From: a virus
IMG/VR virus record: IMGVR_UViG_3300012347_000286
Coordinates: 3,266-67,265 of that record
Strand: one strand, 5' to 3'
DNA length: 64,000 nucleotides
Positions 46,542-55,240 of this stretch are shown piece by piece. Within the stretch, counting starts at the first letter, position 1; each line of letters begins with the position of its first letter. The notes under the pieces are model-generated. The model was not told the origin of the DNA, made no database searches, and worked only from the letters and a program-made list of their open reading frames with translations. The translations under genes were made by a program, and so were the position numbers.

Positions 46542-47093
46542 ATGTACGATATTGTAGAGAAAATAGAAGAATCCCGTAAAAAGAAAATAGAGATAGAACC
46601 TCTATCTTATTCCAACACCGATTTAAGCCCAGTTCTAAGTAAAGCCACTATGGATTATCACTATGGTGATTTAGCCCACGGCTATGTGAAACGCTACAAT
46701 AGCGGTGAGGGTGACAGTGACTTTAATTATGCAGGCGCCTTTTTGCATAATATCTACTTTCAACAATTTCAAAAGCCACAAGAAAGTGGTACACCCAACG
46801 GTCCTGTACTCAATCTAATCAAACGCAAGTATGGTTGGTGGAGAGATTTCAAAGAAGTATTCAAAACTGAAGCAATGAAGATCCAGGGCTCAGGCTGGAT
46901 TTATCTATCGTTCAGTGGTGACATAAAGACCATAGAAAATCACGAGGTACGTGATGACATTCTTATCTTAGTTGACTGGTGGGAGCATGCCTGGGCTCTC
47001 GACTACCAAGCTGATAAGAAAGCCTATTTAGAGAATATCTGGAAGATTATGAATTGGAGCCATATCAACACCCGTTGGGGAAAGAATCTCTGA
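46542..47093 (+). CDS. Fe/Mn superoxide dismutase-like protein
   Basis: DWWEHAWALDYQ matches the SOD D-x-W-E-H-A-Y-Y motif, and the N-terminus has His-containing helices. Confidence 0.65.
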   Translation: MYDIVEKIEESRKKKIEIEPLSYSNTDLSPVLSKATMDYHYGDLAHGYVKRYNSGEGDSDFNYAGAFLHNIYFQQFQKPQESGTPNGPVLNLIKRKYGWWRDFKEVFKTEAMKIQGSGWIYLSFSGDIKTIENHEVRDDILILVDWWEHAWALDYQADKKAYLENIWKIMNWSHINTRWGKNL

Positions 47094-47119
47094 TAAATAC
47101 TTAATAAGGATTATCAAAA

Positions 47120-50100
47120 ATGGCTATTCCAGGACAAGCAAATATTAATATTGGTGCAGAAAATCAAGTTGCAGGAAGCGACAACTTGTATGAAGCATTT
47201 CACACCATTCAAAACAACTTCACAACATTATTCAATGCCTCTAGCACTCTAACTACGTTTAGAGCCGGAGAAGGTATTCAAGTATCAGCGAATGCAAGCA
47301 ACGGCGTTGTCGATATCAACAACACTGGGGTAACTAAAATTACAGCAGGAACCGGAGTCACTATCTCTAGTGCAAACGGTAATGTAACTATTTCAACCGC
47401 TGCTCAAGGTCAGACTGGAGTTACACGAGTTGGACTAACGTCTTCAACGTTAAATGTAGGTGGCGTTTCTGGTAGTAATGTAGTTAGCTCAGGTACATTC
47501 ACTGTCGATTTACCCCGAGTGCCCACTAGCAGCAGTTTTGCAACCGGGTCTTACATTGCACCAAACGTAACAGTAGACGAGTTCGGTAGAGTTACAGCCA
47601 TTGCGAACGGTGTAGGTGTAGGTACTGTGACCAGCGTAGGTATTAATCCTGGAAAAGGTATTGCAGTTACCGGTGGTCCGATTGTTGATTCGGGTGCAAT
47701 TGATGTTATCAATACAGGTGTCACTAGCTTACAAGCGGGTACTGGTATTAGACTATCCGGATCCAATGGGGATATAACAGTATCTGCACTACAAGTAACT
47801 TCCGGTACTGTCACACAAATAGGATTAACTAGTAATACGTTGTCAGTTACTGACGGAACAGTGACCTCATCAGGCACTATCAACGTAGAGCTTCCAGTAA
47901 ACTTATCATCTAATAATTTGATACTGAGCGGAAACGCAAACGTATCCGGTAACGTGAATACGTACAAGTTAGTTTCTACATTCTCTAACGTGCAAACAGA
48001 CTTGACTATCGGTGGCGGTCCAAGCCCCGGGTCACTAACATTTAAAACACAAAATAACTCAGGAAACTACGTTTCATTAATTCCACCTGTTAACACAGCA
48101 GTAGCTGGATTAGTTTTCATGTTACCGAATACGTTGGGATCAAACTCACAAGTATTAGGTACTGACGGCGCAGGAACAATGAACTGGAGAATTCCTCCTG
48201 CTGCAGGTACAAACACGCAGATTCAATTCAATGACCCTGCAAGTAACGGAGCTCCGCAATTAGCCGGACATGCAAACCTTACGTTCAATAAAAACACCGG
48301 TCTATTAACATCACAGCAACTATCTGTTACTGCAAACGCAAACGTCGGTAACTTGAGCACTTCAGGAACTGTGACCGCATCGAGATTTATATCAAACGTT
48401 GCCACAGGCACAACACCGTTTACTGTTACCAGTACTACTATGGTAACTAACTTGTATTCTCAATACGCAAACTCTATCGTTGCTAATGCACAACCTAACA
48501 TCACGAGCGTGGGTAGACTATCTAGCCTTACTGTAGGCAATGCAACTGCAAACGTTGTGTTAGGGAACAGTACTATTACTACGTCTGATATCACTGCTAG
48601 TAATGCGTTTGTGTTGACCAATACTGCTTCATTATTATTCAATACTCAAACAAGTAATACCAAATTTACAGCGTTGCAACCACCAGATACTATTTTAGCC
48701 GGTGCCGGACTATATGCAAATGGAACCCCGGGTGGCAATGCATTCATGTTCTGGAATCTACCGAACACATGGGGCAACGTGAATCAATTCCTGACCACTG
48801 ATGGTTCAGGAACAATGCAGTGGTCTAATGTTCCTGCAAGTTCACCGGGATTTGACGGTGCAAATATAATCGCAATTTCTAACACAACCGTTTCTACAAC
48901 AACTACAACGGGTGCGTTGACTGTTGGTGGCGGGGTCGGTGTAGAAGGTAACGTAAATGTCGGTGGCAACTTAGCATTAGCTACAGGTGGCATCAATGTA
49001 GGCGGTGGTAACTTAACTGTAACTCAAACTGGTATGCTAGGTGCTAGGAATCTCACGTTGTCCAGCGGTGCTAACATTTCAGGTGATGTTAATTTTCTAG
49101 CATTCAGTGATGTACGATTTGCTGGCAATATTGCTGGTAATGTTTCCTTCAGAGGAGATTATTTTAACTTTGGTAGCAATGCTGTTATTTCAGGTGGTGG
49201 GTATATCACTAGTAAAGACATTACTGTAAATGGTAGAGTTGAAGCGACCGGTAATATTACAAGCAGTAGCTATGTTGACGGTCAGTATGTCAAAGCTAGT
49301 ACAGCATTATACGTATACGGGCAGTCACAACTAGGAAACGTCGGCAACGTGTATATTACAGGCGGCACTTCAGGACAAGTATTGTCCACTGATGGGACTG
49401 GTAACTTGTCATGGATCTCTGCTTCAAGTGGCGGTGGTAGTAGTTTTGATGCATCACAACAATTAACTATCACAAACACAAACACATCTACTAGTTACAT
49501 TACCGGTGCTGTAAGAGTTGCAGGTGGCATGGGCGTAATCGGCAACATCAACGCTGGCGGTAATGTTACATCTACGATTACTGCAAGCAATATTACCGGA
49601 AACGTAAGTTACTCAAGCTATTCAGGTGCATTTACAAATACAACAGGTGAGTGGATGCAGTCTGGTCTATATTATGACGGAACAAATATCATTATCAATG
49701 AAAGGTTCTGGAAAGACCCCATCGGTTTCGCTCAAGTCAAATCTGCAATATCAAACGGTGTTCAGTTTGGAGTTGACCCAGGTGGTTACAGTATATTACC
49801 AGTGACTCCGTCAGGTGACTGGGTAGAACAGACGATGTACGGGGCGGGTATATGGACTATTACTGTAGGTACTATTAGTGGTGTACCGAGTGGAACACTA
49901 GCAGTTATATCTATCAGCAATATAACGCTTAATGATGGTGGGTTAGTTTCTGCTAAGTTAGTATCAGGTCAAGTTCTTAAAACAGCGTTGAACGGTCAAT
50001 TAATAACTAATAAAATTTCTTCACACAATGCCGATGTTACGATATCTACGTTTGACGTAATGTTTAATGCATATCGTAAGATTTATCTAGGTGGTTTTGG

Positions 50101-50431
50101 TTCTGCAACTATCGCTCTAGATGACACCATGAAAATGGACAGTCAAGGTATAATTCAGAGAACTAATGGCAACATTACAATCATGCCGAACATTCAGACA
50201 GCCGATGACAATATTATAATGTCTCCTGCTACTGTTAGTGCAAAATTTGTAGCCACAATAGGAACTACCTTTTCTGCACTAAGTAATCAAGGAACACCTG
50301 CTGCAGGTCAACGTGCATTTATCACTGATGGTGACTTAGCCGCAGCCGGTAACTTTGGCGCAGTTGTAGGCGGAGGAGGCTCGAATGGAGTGCCCGTTTA
50401 CTATGATGGAAGTACTTGGCGCATTGGATAA
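47120..50431 (+). CDS. large repeat-rich tail fiber-like protein (1103 aa)
   Basis: G/T/S/N/V-rich beta-repeat composition and an internal ~64-aa (~190-nt) duplication. Confidence 0.65.
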   Translation: MAIPGQANINIGAENQVAGSDNLYEAFHTIQNNFTTLFNASSTLTTFRAGEGIQVSANASNGVVDINNTGVTKITAGTGVTISSANGNVTISTAAQGQTGVTRVGLTSSTLNVGGVSGSNVVSSGTFTVDLPRVPTSSSFATGSYIAPNVTVDEFGRVTAIANGVGVGTVTSVGINPGKGIAVTGGPIVDSGAIDVINTGVTSLQAGTGIRLSGSNGDITVSALQVTSGTVTQIGLTSNTLSVTDGTVTSSGTINVELPVNLSSNNLILSGNANVSGNVNTYKLVSTFSNVQTDLTIGGGPSPGSLTFKTQNNSGNYVSLIPPVNTAVAGLVFMLPNTLGSNSQVLGTDGAGTMNWRIPPAAGTNTQIQFNDPASNGAPQLAGHANLTFNKNTGLLTSQQLSVTANANVGNLSTSGTVTASRFISNVATGTTPFTVTSTTMVTNLYSQYANSIVANAQPNITSVGRLSSLTVGNATANVVLGNSTITTSDITASNAFVLTNTASLLFNTQTSNTKFTALQPPDTILAGAGLYANGTPGGNAFMFWNLPNTWGNVNQFLTTDGSGTMQWSNVPASSPGFDGANIIAISNTTVSTTTTTGALTVGGGVGVEGNVNVGGNLALATGGINVGGGNLTVTQTGMLGARNLTLSSGANISGDVNFLAFSDVRFAGNIAGNVSFRGDYFNFGSNAVISGGGYITSKDITVNGRVEATGNITSSSYVDGQYVKASTALYVYGQSQLGNVGNVYITGGTSGQVLSTDGTGNLSWISASSGGGSSFDASQQLTITNTNTSTSYITGAVRVAGGMGVIGNINAGGNVTSTITASNITGNVSYSSYSGAFTNTTGEWMQSGLYYDGTNIIINERFWKDPIGFAQVKSAISNGVQFGVDPGGYSILPVTPSGDWVEQTMYGAGIWTITVGTISGVPSGTLAVISISNITLNDGGLVSAKLVSGQVLKTALNGQLITNKISSHNADVTISTFDVMFNAYRKIYLGGFGSATIALDDTMKMDSQGIIQRTNGNITIMPNIQTADDNIIMSPATVSAKFVATIGTTFSALSNQGTPAAGQRAFITDGDLAAAGNFGAVVGGGGSNGVPVYYDGSTWRIG

Positions 50432-50434
50432 ACA

Positions 50435-50462
50435 AAAAGCCCCGAAAGGGGCTTTTTTATTT
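50435..50462. terminator. bidirectional rho-independent terminator (AAAGCCCC-GAAA-GGGGCTTTTTT)
   Basis: Perfect stem with A-run upstream and T-run downstream; marks the switch from plus- to minus-strand transcription. Confidence 0.8.
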
Positions 50463-50669
50463 CTTCATACTTCGTAGCATGTATTCGGTATAGTACACTT
50501 GACACATTGTAACTATATCCTTATGCGGCCATTCTAGTAAGAACGGACAAGTTGTTTTCCACCTACCATGCTTTTGATAGTACGCCAACTCTTTGAGGTC
50601 TTCTTTATCAGAAGGATCGAATCGATGACGATACCCAATGTACTCAGTTAGTTGGTTGTAGTCTTGCAT
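50457..50669 (-). CDS. hypothetical protein (70 aa)
   Basis: Track ORF. Confidence 0.5.
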   Translation of the reverse strand: MQDYNQLTEYIGYRHRFDPSDKEDLKELAYYQKHGRWKTTCPFLLEWPHKDIVTMCQVYYTEYMLRSMKK

Positions 50670-50858
50670 TTATTCCCGCGGTAGTGTAGTCGCATCCTTG
50701 AGAATGTCAGCGACTTCCTCAATAGTGTTGCACATAATTTTTGAAGTTTTCCAATCGTCTTGGTCGTCACGACCGGACACTTCAACCATAAAGCCATTGT
50801 CGTAAAAGTAGACCTGTGCAGAGTCGCCTACTTTAGCGAGTTTGTCGGAGACTTTCAT
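50670..50858 (-). CDS. hypothetical protein (62 aa)
   Basis: Internal ATG coupled (ATG..TAA) to the upstream gene; the full track ORF 50670..51071 overlaps its neighbour by 211 nt. Confidence 0.45.
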   Translation of the reverse strand: MKVSDKLAKVGDSAQVYFYDNGFMVEVSGRDDQDDWKTSKIMCNTIEEVADILKDATTLPRE

Positions 50859-50859
50859 A

Positions 50860-51255
50860 TTAGAGCGGTGCCTCGCCCACGACTGCCAACAATTCTTCGG
50901 CAGTAACTTCTTTTGTTTTTGCTTTAGCACGGGCTTTGATAGCATCCATACTTGGCTTTGCTTTTGCCTTAGAGATAGTAACTTTGACTGTGCCTTTCTT
51001 TGCTTCTTTTTGCTTATCTGACAATGAATCAGCAATAGTTGCTTGGTCTGCGGGTGATTGAAAATCTGCATGTGATGCTAGATATTGCAATGCCTCAACC
51101 TTAGACATTTCGCTCGGCAATTCAATGAGGTCAATGCGAGTTGCGCCACCTTTAGAGAATTGTTTGACACGGCGCACCATGTCATCAGTAAAACGGACCT
51201 TTGTACTAGTACCGTGAGTTGTGATACCTGCGACTTTGAAAGTTTGATTAGCCAT
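50860..51255 (-). CDS. Lys/Ala-rich protein (131 aa), possibly nucleic-acid binding
   Basis: AAGGAAAACAAATG RBS; KAKAKPSMDAIKARAKAKTK segment. Confidence 0.6.
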   Translation of the reverse strand: MANQTFKVAGITTHGTSTKVRFTDDMVRRVKQFSKGGATRIDLIELPSEMSKVEALQYLASHADFQSPADQATIADSLSDKQKEAKKGTVKVTISKAKAKPSMDAIKARAKAKTKEVTAEELLAVVGEAPL

Positions 51256-51295
51256 TTGTTTTCCTTAAGAAAAATTTAGTTTAAAAGATTGTCAT

Positions 51296-51336
51296 TTGAC
51301 AGTTACTATTATAACACCGGGCGTAGTAACTGTCAA
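51296..51336 (-). promoter_or_regulatory. minus-strand sigma70 promoter (TTGACA-17-TATAAT) embedded in a perfect 13-bp inverted repeat (TTGACAGTTACTA / TAGTAACTGTCAA), a candidate operator
   Basis: IR arms at 51296-51308 and 51324-51336; -35 at 51331-51336 and -10 at 51308-51313, both minus strand. Confidence 0.6.
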
Positions 51337-51358
51337 GAAGAATTTTGCCCGAAATGAG

Positions 51359-51502
51359 TTACGCCTCGCTTAAAAAGACTGCCTTACCAATTGGGCTCAT
51401 TCCTTTGCCCAAACTCTCTGCAATCCATCCAGTATCACCTGAGAGAATGATATCTTGGTATTGCGATTCACTGATGAAAACTCGGATACGATATTGACGC
51501 AT
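51359..51502 (-). CDS. hypothetical small protein (47 aa), not in the ORF track
   Basis: AAGGAG RBS on the minus strand. Confidence 0.45.
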   Translation of the reverse strand: MRQYRIRVFISESQYQDIILSGDTGWIAESLGKGMSPIGKAVFLSEA

Positions 51503-51512
51503 GATTTGCTCC

Positions 51513-51932
51513 TTAAGCTAAGATATATGGTTTGTTCCACTGACCGATGTTCACATCAACATACCAACCCACATCAAAGTAGTCAGTTTGGATGTCTGAA
51601 TTGTTGTGATTACCTTTGTTCATTTCGGCAAGAACTTCGGACAAGAATTCTTTTGCTTTACCTGAAAAGTGATCCTGATACCAGTATACATTCACATCCA
51701 ACGATTTGTTATTGCGGACGTACTCAATTTGGTCTTGAGACATTACGTTGTAATGTTTAGATCCGTTTGTACCGATATAATTTTCAATAAAGTCAATCGA
51801 ACCTGACTTAACATTCAGAACAAAAGTACTGTGATTGCGTACAGCAAGAGAACCCTTGACACCGTACTTTTTCAGGATAGCTTTGATAGCTGGGGCACGT
51901 TCAGATTTGCGTTCTTGATTGAAGTAAGCCAT
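51513..51932 (-). CDS. hypothetical protein (139 aa)
   Basis: AAGAGGA RBS downstream of a consensus promoter. Confidence 0.6.
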   Translation of the reverse strand: MAYFNQERKSERAPAIKAILKKYGVKGSLAVRNHSTFVLNVKSGSIDFIENYIGTNGSKHYNVMSQDQIEYVRNNKSLDVNVYWYQDHFSGKAKEFLSEVLAEMNKGNHNNSDIQTDYFDVGWYVDVNIGQWNKPYILA

Positions 51933-51964
51933 TTTCTAAGTCCTCTTTGTTGCTGTCTAAGTAT

Positions 51965-51993
51965 CTATTATATGCCCAAAACGATTAATTGTC
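51965..51993 (-). promoter_or_regulatory. sigma70 promoter (minus; TTGACA-17-TATAAT, TAGACAG box downstream)
   Basis: Reverse complement reads GGTTGACAATTAATCGTTTTGGGCATATAATAGATACTTAGACAG. Confidence 0.7.
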
Positions 51994-52000
51994 AACCTTT

Positions 52001-52135
52001 TTATTGGTGTAGACGGTCGATTTCTGCATCAATTTTAGCTTGGACTTGGGCGTTGCGCTCATACATAGCTTGGTACACCATGTAGCCAATGTAGATTACG
52101 CCAAAAGTCACTGCAACAATGTCAACTATATCCAT
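52001..52135 (-). CDS. small TM protein (44 aa), not in the ORF track
   Basis: AGGAAG RBS; MDIVDIVAVTFGVIYIGYMVY. Confidence 0.45.
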   Translation of the reverse strand: MDIVDIVAVTFGVIYIGYMVYQAMYERNAQVQAKIDAEIDRLHQ

Positions 52136-52169
52136 TTTTTACTTCCTGTGTTTTGCTGTCTAAGTATCT

Positions 52170-52198
52170 ATTATACAACCAAAACCATTATTTGTCAA
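52170..52198 (-). promoter_or_regulatory. sigma70 promoter (minus)
   Basis: Reverse complement reads GGTTGACAAATAATGGTTTTGGTTGTATAATAGATACTTAGACAG. Confidence 0.7.
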
Positions 52199-52203
52199 CC
52201 TTT

Positions 52204-52383
52204 TTACGAATTAATCGTTTCAAAAGGATTGAATACTTCAGTATTAGTTTCTGGTTCCATCAAATCTGAGGTTTCGTATACCCAAATGACGGGCACTTCG
52301 AGAAACTCAGCGATTCGCATGGGAGAATAACCCTGCTCCAACATTAATTCAATGTCGATGGATAGTTCGGACATTTTACTCAT
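52204..52383 (-). CDS. small HTH-like protein (59 aa), not in the ORF track
   Basis: TAATG coupling; LEQGYSPMRIAEFLEVP resembles a helix-turn-helix. Confidence 0.4.
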   Translation of the reverse strand: MSKMSELSIDIELMLEQGYSPMRIAEFLEVPVIWVYETSDLMEPETNTEVFNPFETINS

Positions 52384-52583
52384 TACTTTTTACTTGAAGC
52401 ACCTGCATTAAACATGATGCCGAACAAGATGTTCAGACCCCATGCTTGCAACCAAGTAACTTCTTTGACACCTGTAGCATCAACCAAGCAACCGTTCCAC
52501 AACATGTAGACGGGCCAAGACAAGAGGAAGCTGATGAACAAGAGGGATACGAGTCCAACGAGAACTGCGAAAAGTTTTTCCAT
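52383..52583 (-). CDS. small membrane protein (66 aa, 2 TM)
   Basis: AAGGA RBS; track ORF. Confidence 0.5.
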   Translation of the reverse strand: MEKLFAVLVGLVSLLFISFLLSWPVYMLWNGCLVDATGVKEVTWLQAWGLNILFGIMFNAGASSKK

Positions 52584-52585
52584 GA

Positions 52586-52771
52586 TTAATCCTTATCAAT
52601 AGGTAAAGCGATGATTTTACAATGCTGGTCTCGTGGGAGTGATTTTTCACATTCCTCGATAGCATTTTTTATGATGTTTTTGTCACTAGTAGGGGAGAGG
52701 TCAATAAGAGCCGCTAGTGCTACTAAGGCAATTAACGCTCCCATCCCCATTGTCATTAATGTTTCTTTCAT
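52586..52771 (-). CDS. small membrane protein (61 aa); paralog of 55227..55397
   Basis: C-terminus IIKNAIEECEKSLPRDQHCKIIALP versus YRQAIQECERTLPRDQHCKVIGVP. Confidence 0.5.
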   Translation of the reverse strand: MKETLMTMGMGALIALVALAALIDLSPTSDKNIIKNAIEECEKSLPRDQHCKIIALPIDKD

Positions 52772-53067
52772 TATGCCGCCGACAACATGTTAGCCGGAAC
52801 GCGCCAGACACCGCCGATTTGTACGCCGGGCTTGTCTTCACGCACGAGAATGAATTTACGATTGACCTTCTCAACAGTACCTAGAACAGTCATACCTTGA
52901 CGACCTGTGAACTTGACTTTAGAACCTTTGACTAGCGTACACTTTACAGTAGATGCAATTTGGGCACGAGCAAAACGAATTGCGTCACCGATTGCATTCA
53001 GTTGTTCGTTAGTAAAGTTACCAGCGATGATAGCGGCGTTGACTTGGGCTACTGATGAAACTGTCAT
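52771..53067 (-). CDS. hypothetical protein (98 aa)
   Basis: CAGGAG RBS after the promoter; the track start is an upstream TTG. Confidence 0.55.
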   Translation of the reverse strand: MTVSSVAQVNAAIIAGNFTNEQLNAIGDAIRFARAQIASTVKCTLVKGSKVKFTGRQGMTVLGTVEKVNRKFILVREDKPGVQIGGVWRVPANMLSAA

Positions 53068-53101
53068 TTTCAAACTCCTGTTTGTTGCTGTCTAAGATTC
53101 T

Positions 53102-53130
53102 ATTATACAACCAAAATGATTAATTGTCAA
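53102..53130 (-). promoter_or_regulatory. sigma70 promoter (minus)
   Basis: Reverse complement reads GATTGACAATTAATCATTTTGGTTGTATAATAGAATCTTAGACAG. Confidence 0.7.
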
Positions 53131-53357
53131 TCCTTTTCGTTGATTTTTTTCAAGGTTTCTTGGTACTCAAGGCGATTGAGGGTGACACAATACAAAATGT
53201 ATACTAACCAACTAATGAATCCAAACATGAATGCATCTATAATAACCTCTGCCGACACTGTATGTAGGACAAATACGATTGCTCCCACACCAGCGAATGC
53301 CAAGCCAAGTATGCCGAATGTGAAAAGTAATGCTTTTAGTTTAAGCGAAAGTTTCAT
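53127..53357 (-). CDS. small membrane protein (76 aa, 2 TM)
   Basis: AAAGGA RBS before the internal ATG of track ORF 53127..53471. Confidence 0.5.
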   Translation of the reverse strand: MKLSLKLKALLFTFGILGLAFAGVGAIVFVLHTVSAEVIIDAFMFGFISWLVYILYCVTLNRLEYQETLKKINEKD

Positions 53358-53487
53358 TTTTGATTTCCTTTGTAAGAATGTCGTTTGTGATGATTGTGCC
53401 GCCATATGCTTGCTGGAATGTATCAGCGACAGCCTTGAGAAAGAAAGTGAATACTTTACCGTTACGTGCAATGAGTGTGTATTTCAT
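53341..53487 (-). CDS. hypothetical small protein (48 aa), not in the ORF track
   Basis: AAGGAA RBS directly after the promoter. Confidence 0.4.
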   Translation of the reverse strand: MKYTLIARNGKVFTFFLKAVADTFQQAYGGTIITNDILTKEIKNETFA

Positions 53488-53511
53488 ACATTCCTTTGAA
53501 TCAATATATGA

Positions 53512-53540
53512 ATTATACACCCAAAATGATTAATTGTCAA
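53512..53540 (-). promoter_or_regulatory. sigma70 promoter (minus)
   Basis: Reverse complement reads CTTGACAATTAATCATTTTGGGTGTATAAT. Confidence 0.65.
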
Positions 53541-53691
53541 GTCCTCGATTGCGATGTTTTGGTTGACGATTGTACTTGCCCTTTTTGGACTCTACCACCT
53601 TGGGTTTGAACGGCGTGTCCTCACAGAATAGAACACGATGGACCCGATGTTTGGGCTGTTTAACAGTGAAGGATAGTAGTTCTTTTTTCAT
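53530..53691 (-). CDS. small basic protein (53 aa), apparently leaderless; its stop lies inside the next promoter
   Basis: ATG is 6 nt after the -10; K/R-rich (KPKVVESKKGKYNRQPKHRNRG). Confidence 0.4.
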   Translation of the reverse strand: MKKELLSFTVKQPKHRVHRVLFCEDTPFKPKVVESKKGKYNRQPKHRNRGLDN

Positions 53692-53697
53692 AACGAA

Positions 53698-53726
53698 ATT
53701 ATAGCATGAACTCTATTTAGTGTCAA
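53698..53726 (-). promoter_or_regulatory. sigma70 promoter (minus; TTGACA-17-TATAAT)
   Basis: Reverse complement reads GGTTGACACTAAATAGAGTTCATGCTATAAT. Confidence 0.65.
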
Positions 53727-54091
53727 CCGATAGTTAACTCAATTCGTTTGACGTTTTTGGTAGTAAAACTACGCCATTCTTTCTTTTCTAAGTCAAAGAC
53801 ACGCAATGCCTTTGTACTTACAGTTTCCTTACGAGGCGTCTTACCCTCTGCTAATGGGACTGCCGGTGGCAAATCTTTTGCTTCTAAGGTACACTTCATC
53901 ACACGCTCAGACCCATCTACCTTAGTGAATGTGATTGTTGCTGGACCCATTTGTAACATGCTCTTGAGCCAAGCATGTAGGTTGGCTTCTGTGATATCAT
54001 CAATGTTTTTTAAGTTATTAGGGTCAGTGAAGTTAATCATTATAATTCCAGTACGTGATATTTTGAAAAGGGGTAAGTGATTTGTAACCAC
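53723..54091 (-). CDS. hypothetical protein (up to 122 aa; start uncertain, GTG at 54091 or ATG at 54040)
   Basis: Track ORF. Confidence 0.5.
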   Translation of the reverse strand: MVTNHLPLFKISRTGIIMINFTDPNNLKNIDDITEANLHAWLKSMLQMGPATITFTKVDGSERVMKCTLEAKDLPPAVPLAEGKTPRKETVSTKALRVFDLEKKEWRSFTTKNVKRIELTIG

Positions 54092-54149
54092 TCAAGTAAT
54101 TCAGGGTCATATGGAAGATTGACTTCCCCATCTTTGTTTGTGATAATTT

Positions 54150-54443
54150 TCACAACTCAACCTTTTCACCCTCATGAGTGAAGAAGGCAGATTCTTTCTT
54201 AGCTTTAGTCCAACTCTTACAGTAGTGATTGTCTTCATCACAGATTGCAAGTGCTTCTTTCTTAGAAACAACTCGGTGCGACACAATCGTTTCACCGAGA
54301 TGCACTTGACTGAATTCTTTTGCTTCGTTCATAACTACAGTATCAAGCGCCCATTCTTTTTTGCCTTCAGGCACTTCGACCATATAGCGCATACGAAACT
54401 GAGATACAGCTTCTACCAAGACCCATTCTTTTTTCTCTGACAT
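54150..54443 (-). CDS. hypothetical protein (97 aa)
   Basis: GGAG RBS. Confidence 0.6.
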   Translation of the reverse strand: MSEKKEWVLVEAVSQFRMRYMVEVPEGKKEWALDTVVMNEAKEFSQVHLGETIVSHRVVSKKEALAICDEDNHYCKSWTKAKKESAFFTHEGEKVEL

Positions 54444-54444
54444 T

Positions 54445-54738
54445 TTAAGCTCCAGTTAACATACGAATTAAACCAATACTATCAATGGTTGTTAGCAAGA
54501 TGTAGTTTGCCAACATTCCAAAACTCTTCCTAGTGAAAGCAGCCCAAGCGTACATAGCGCAACCTGCGATCCAAACAGGATACAACATAATAAGCGGTGG
54601 GTTGGGGACAGTGAGTGCCATAGTAATACTACACCCAATAGAAATAGCCCAAGCGCACAACTCAACGCAAAAGCGCAAAGGGTGAGTTCTGTAATCATCT
54701 TTGATCCAACTAAAAATTCCAGCTAATATATCATTCAT
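54445..54738 (-). CDS. membrane protein (97 aa, 3 TM)
   Basis: ATGA coupling; hydrophobic. Confidence 0.55.
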   Translation of the reverse strand: MNDILAGIFSWIKDDYRTHPLRFCVELCAWAISIGCSITMALTVPNPPLIMLYPVWIAGCAMYAWAAFTRKSFGMLANYILLTTIDSIGLIRMLTGA

Positions 54739-54932
54739 TCGGGTCGACCTTGTTCTTTCATTCGGGGTTCTAAAACTGTATTATACAGTTCTTCCATTAC
54801 TTTGTAAAGACTTTTGGCATCGCGCTCAGTCAAGCCACTCGTCCAGGGCGGGTCACTTTCTAGTTTTCTGATGCCATAGTCATGTCTGTAATCCAGACAC
54901 ATTTCATAGATAATTTCGTCTTTTGTTTTCAT
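54735..54932 (-). CDS. hypothetical protein (65 aa)
   Basis: ATGA coupling; the track start is an upstream TTG. Confidence 0.5.
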   Translation of the reverse strand: MKTKDEIIYEMCLDYRHDYGIRKLESDPPWTSGLTERDAKSLYKVMEELYNTVLEPRMKEQGRPE

Positions 54933-55240
54933 AACCAACTGTGACCGGTCCAAGTGTTTAAGAATCTCATGCTTGCTTTACCACCAGAGGCAAAGTACTT
55001 CTTCTCAAACAGATTGTATGCTGACTTCCATTTCTTAGCAACTGGTTTGGGTGAGTGACAAGCTAGGTAATGTAACTTTTGAAACTGCTTAACAATAGTT
55101 TTCTTATTGAGTTTGTAGCCAGCTGGATACCATTCGATTCGAGTTTGGAAGTTGTAGTTATCGTTATGACCATACCTCAATCGTTCTTTCATTACGTAAG
55201 CCTTACCAAAGTCTTGTGGTCTAAACTTATTTCGGGACAT
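54929..55240 (-). CDS. hypothetical basic protein (103 aa)
   Basis: GGAG RBS before MSRNK. Confidence 0.55.
   Translation of the reverse strand: MSRNKFRPQDFGKAYVMKERLRYGHNDNYNFQTRIEWYPAGYKLNKKTIVKQFQKLHYLACHSPKPVAKKWKSAYNLFEKKYFASGGKASMRFLNTWTGHSWL

Noticed and set aside
50670-51071. Full-length 133-aa track ORF on the minus strand
   Set aside because: It overlaps the well-supported 50860..51255 gene by 211 nt. The internal ATG at 50858, coupled to the upstream stop, gives a plausible 62-aa product instead.
53116-53499. Plus-strand ORFs in the minus-strand small-gene array (53116..53499, 55079..55303, 55385..55600, 54174..54440, 53748..54080, 52611..52793)
   Set aside because: They are antisense to minus-strand genes that have promoters, RBSs and translational coupling. 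The plus-strand ORFs lack these signals.
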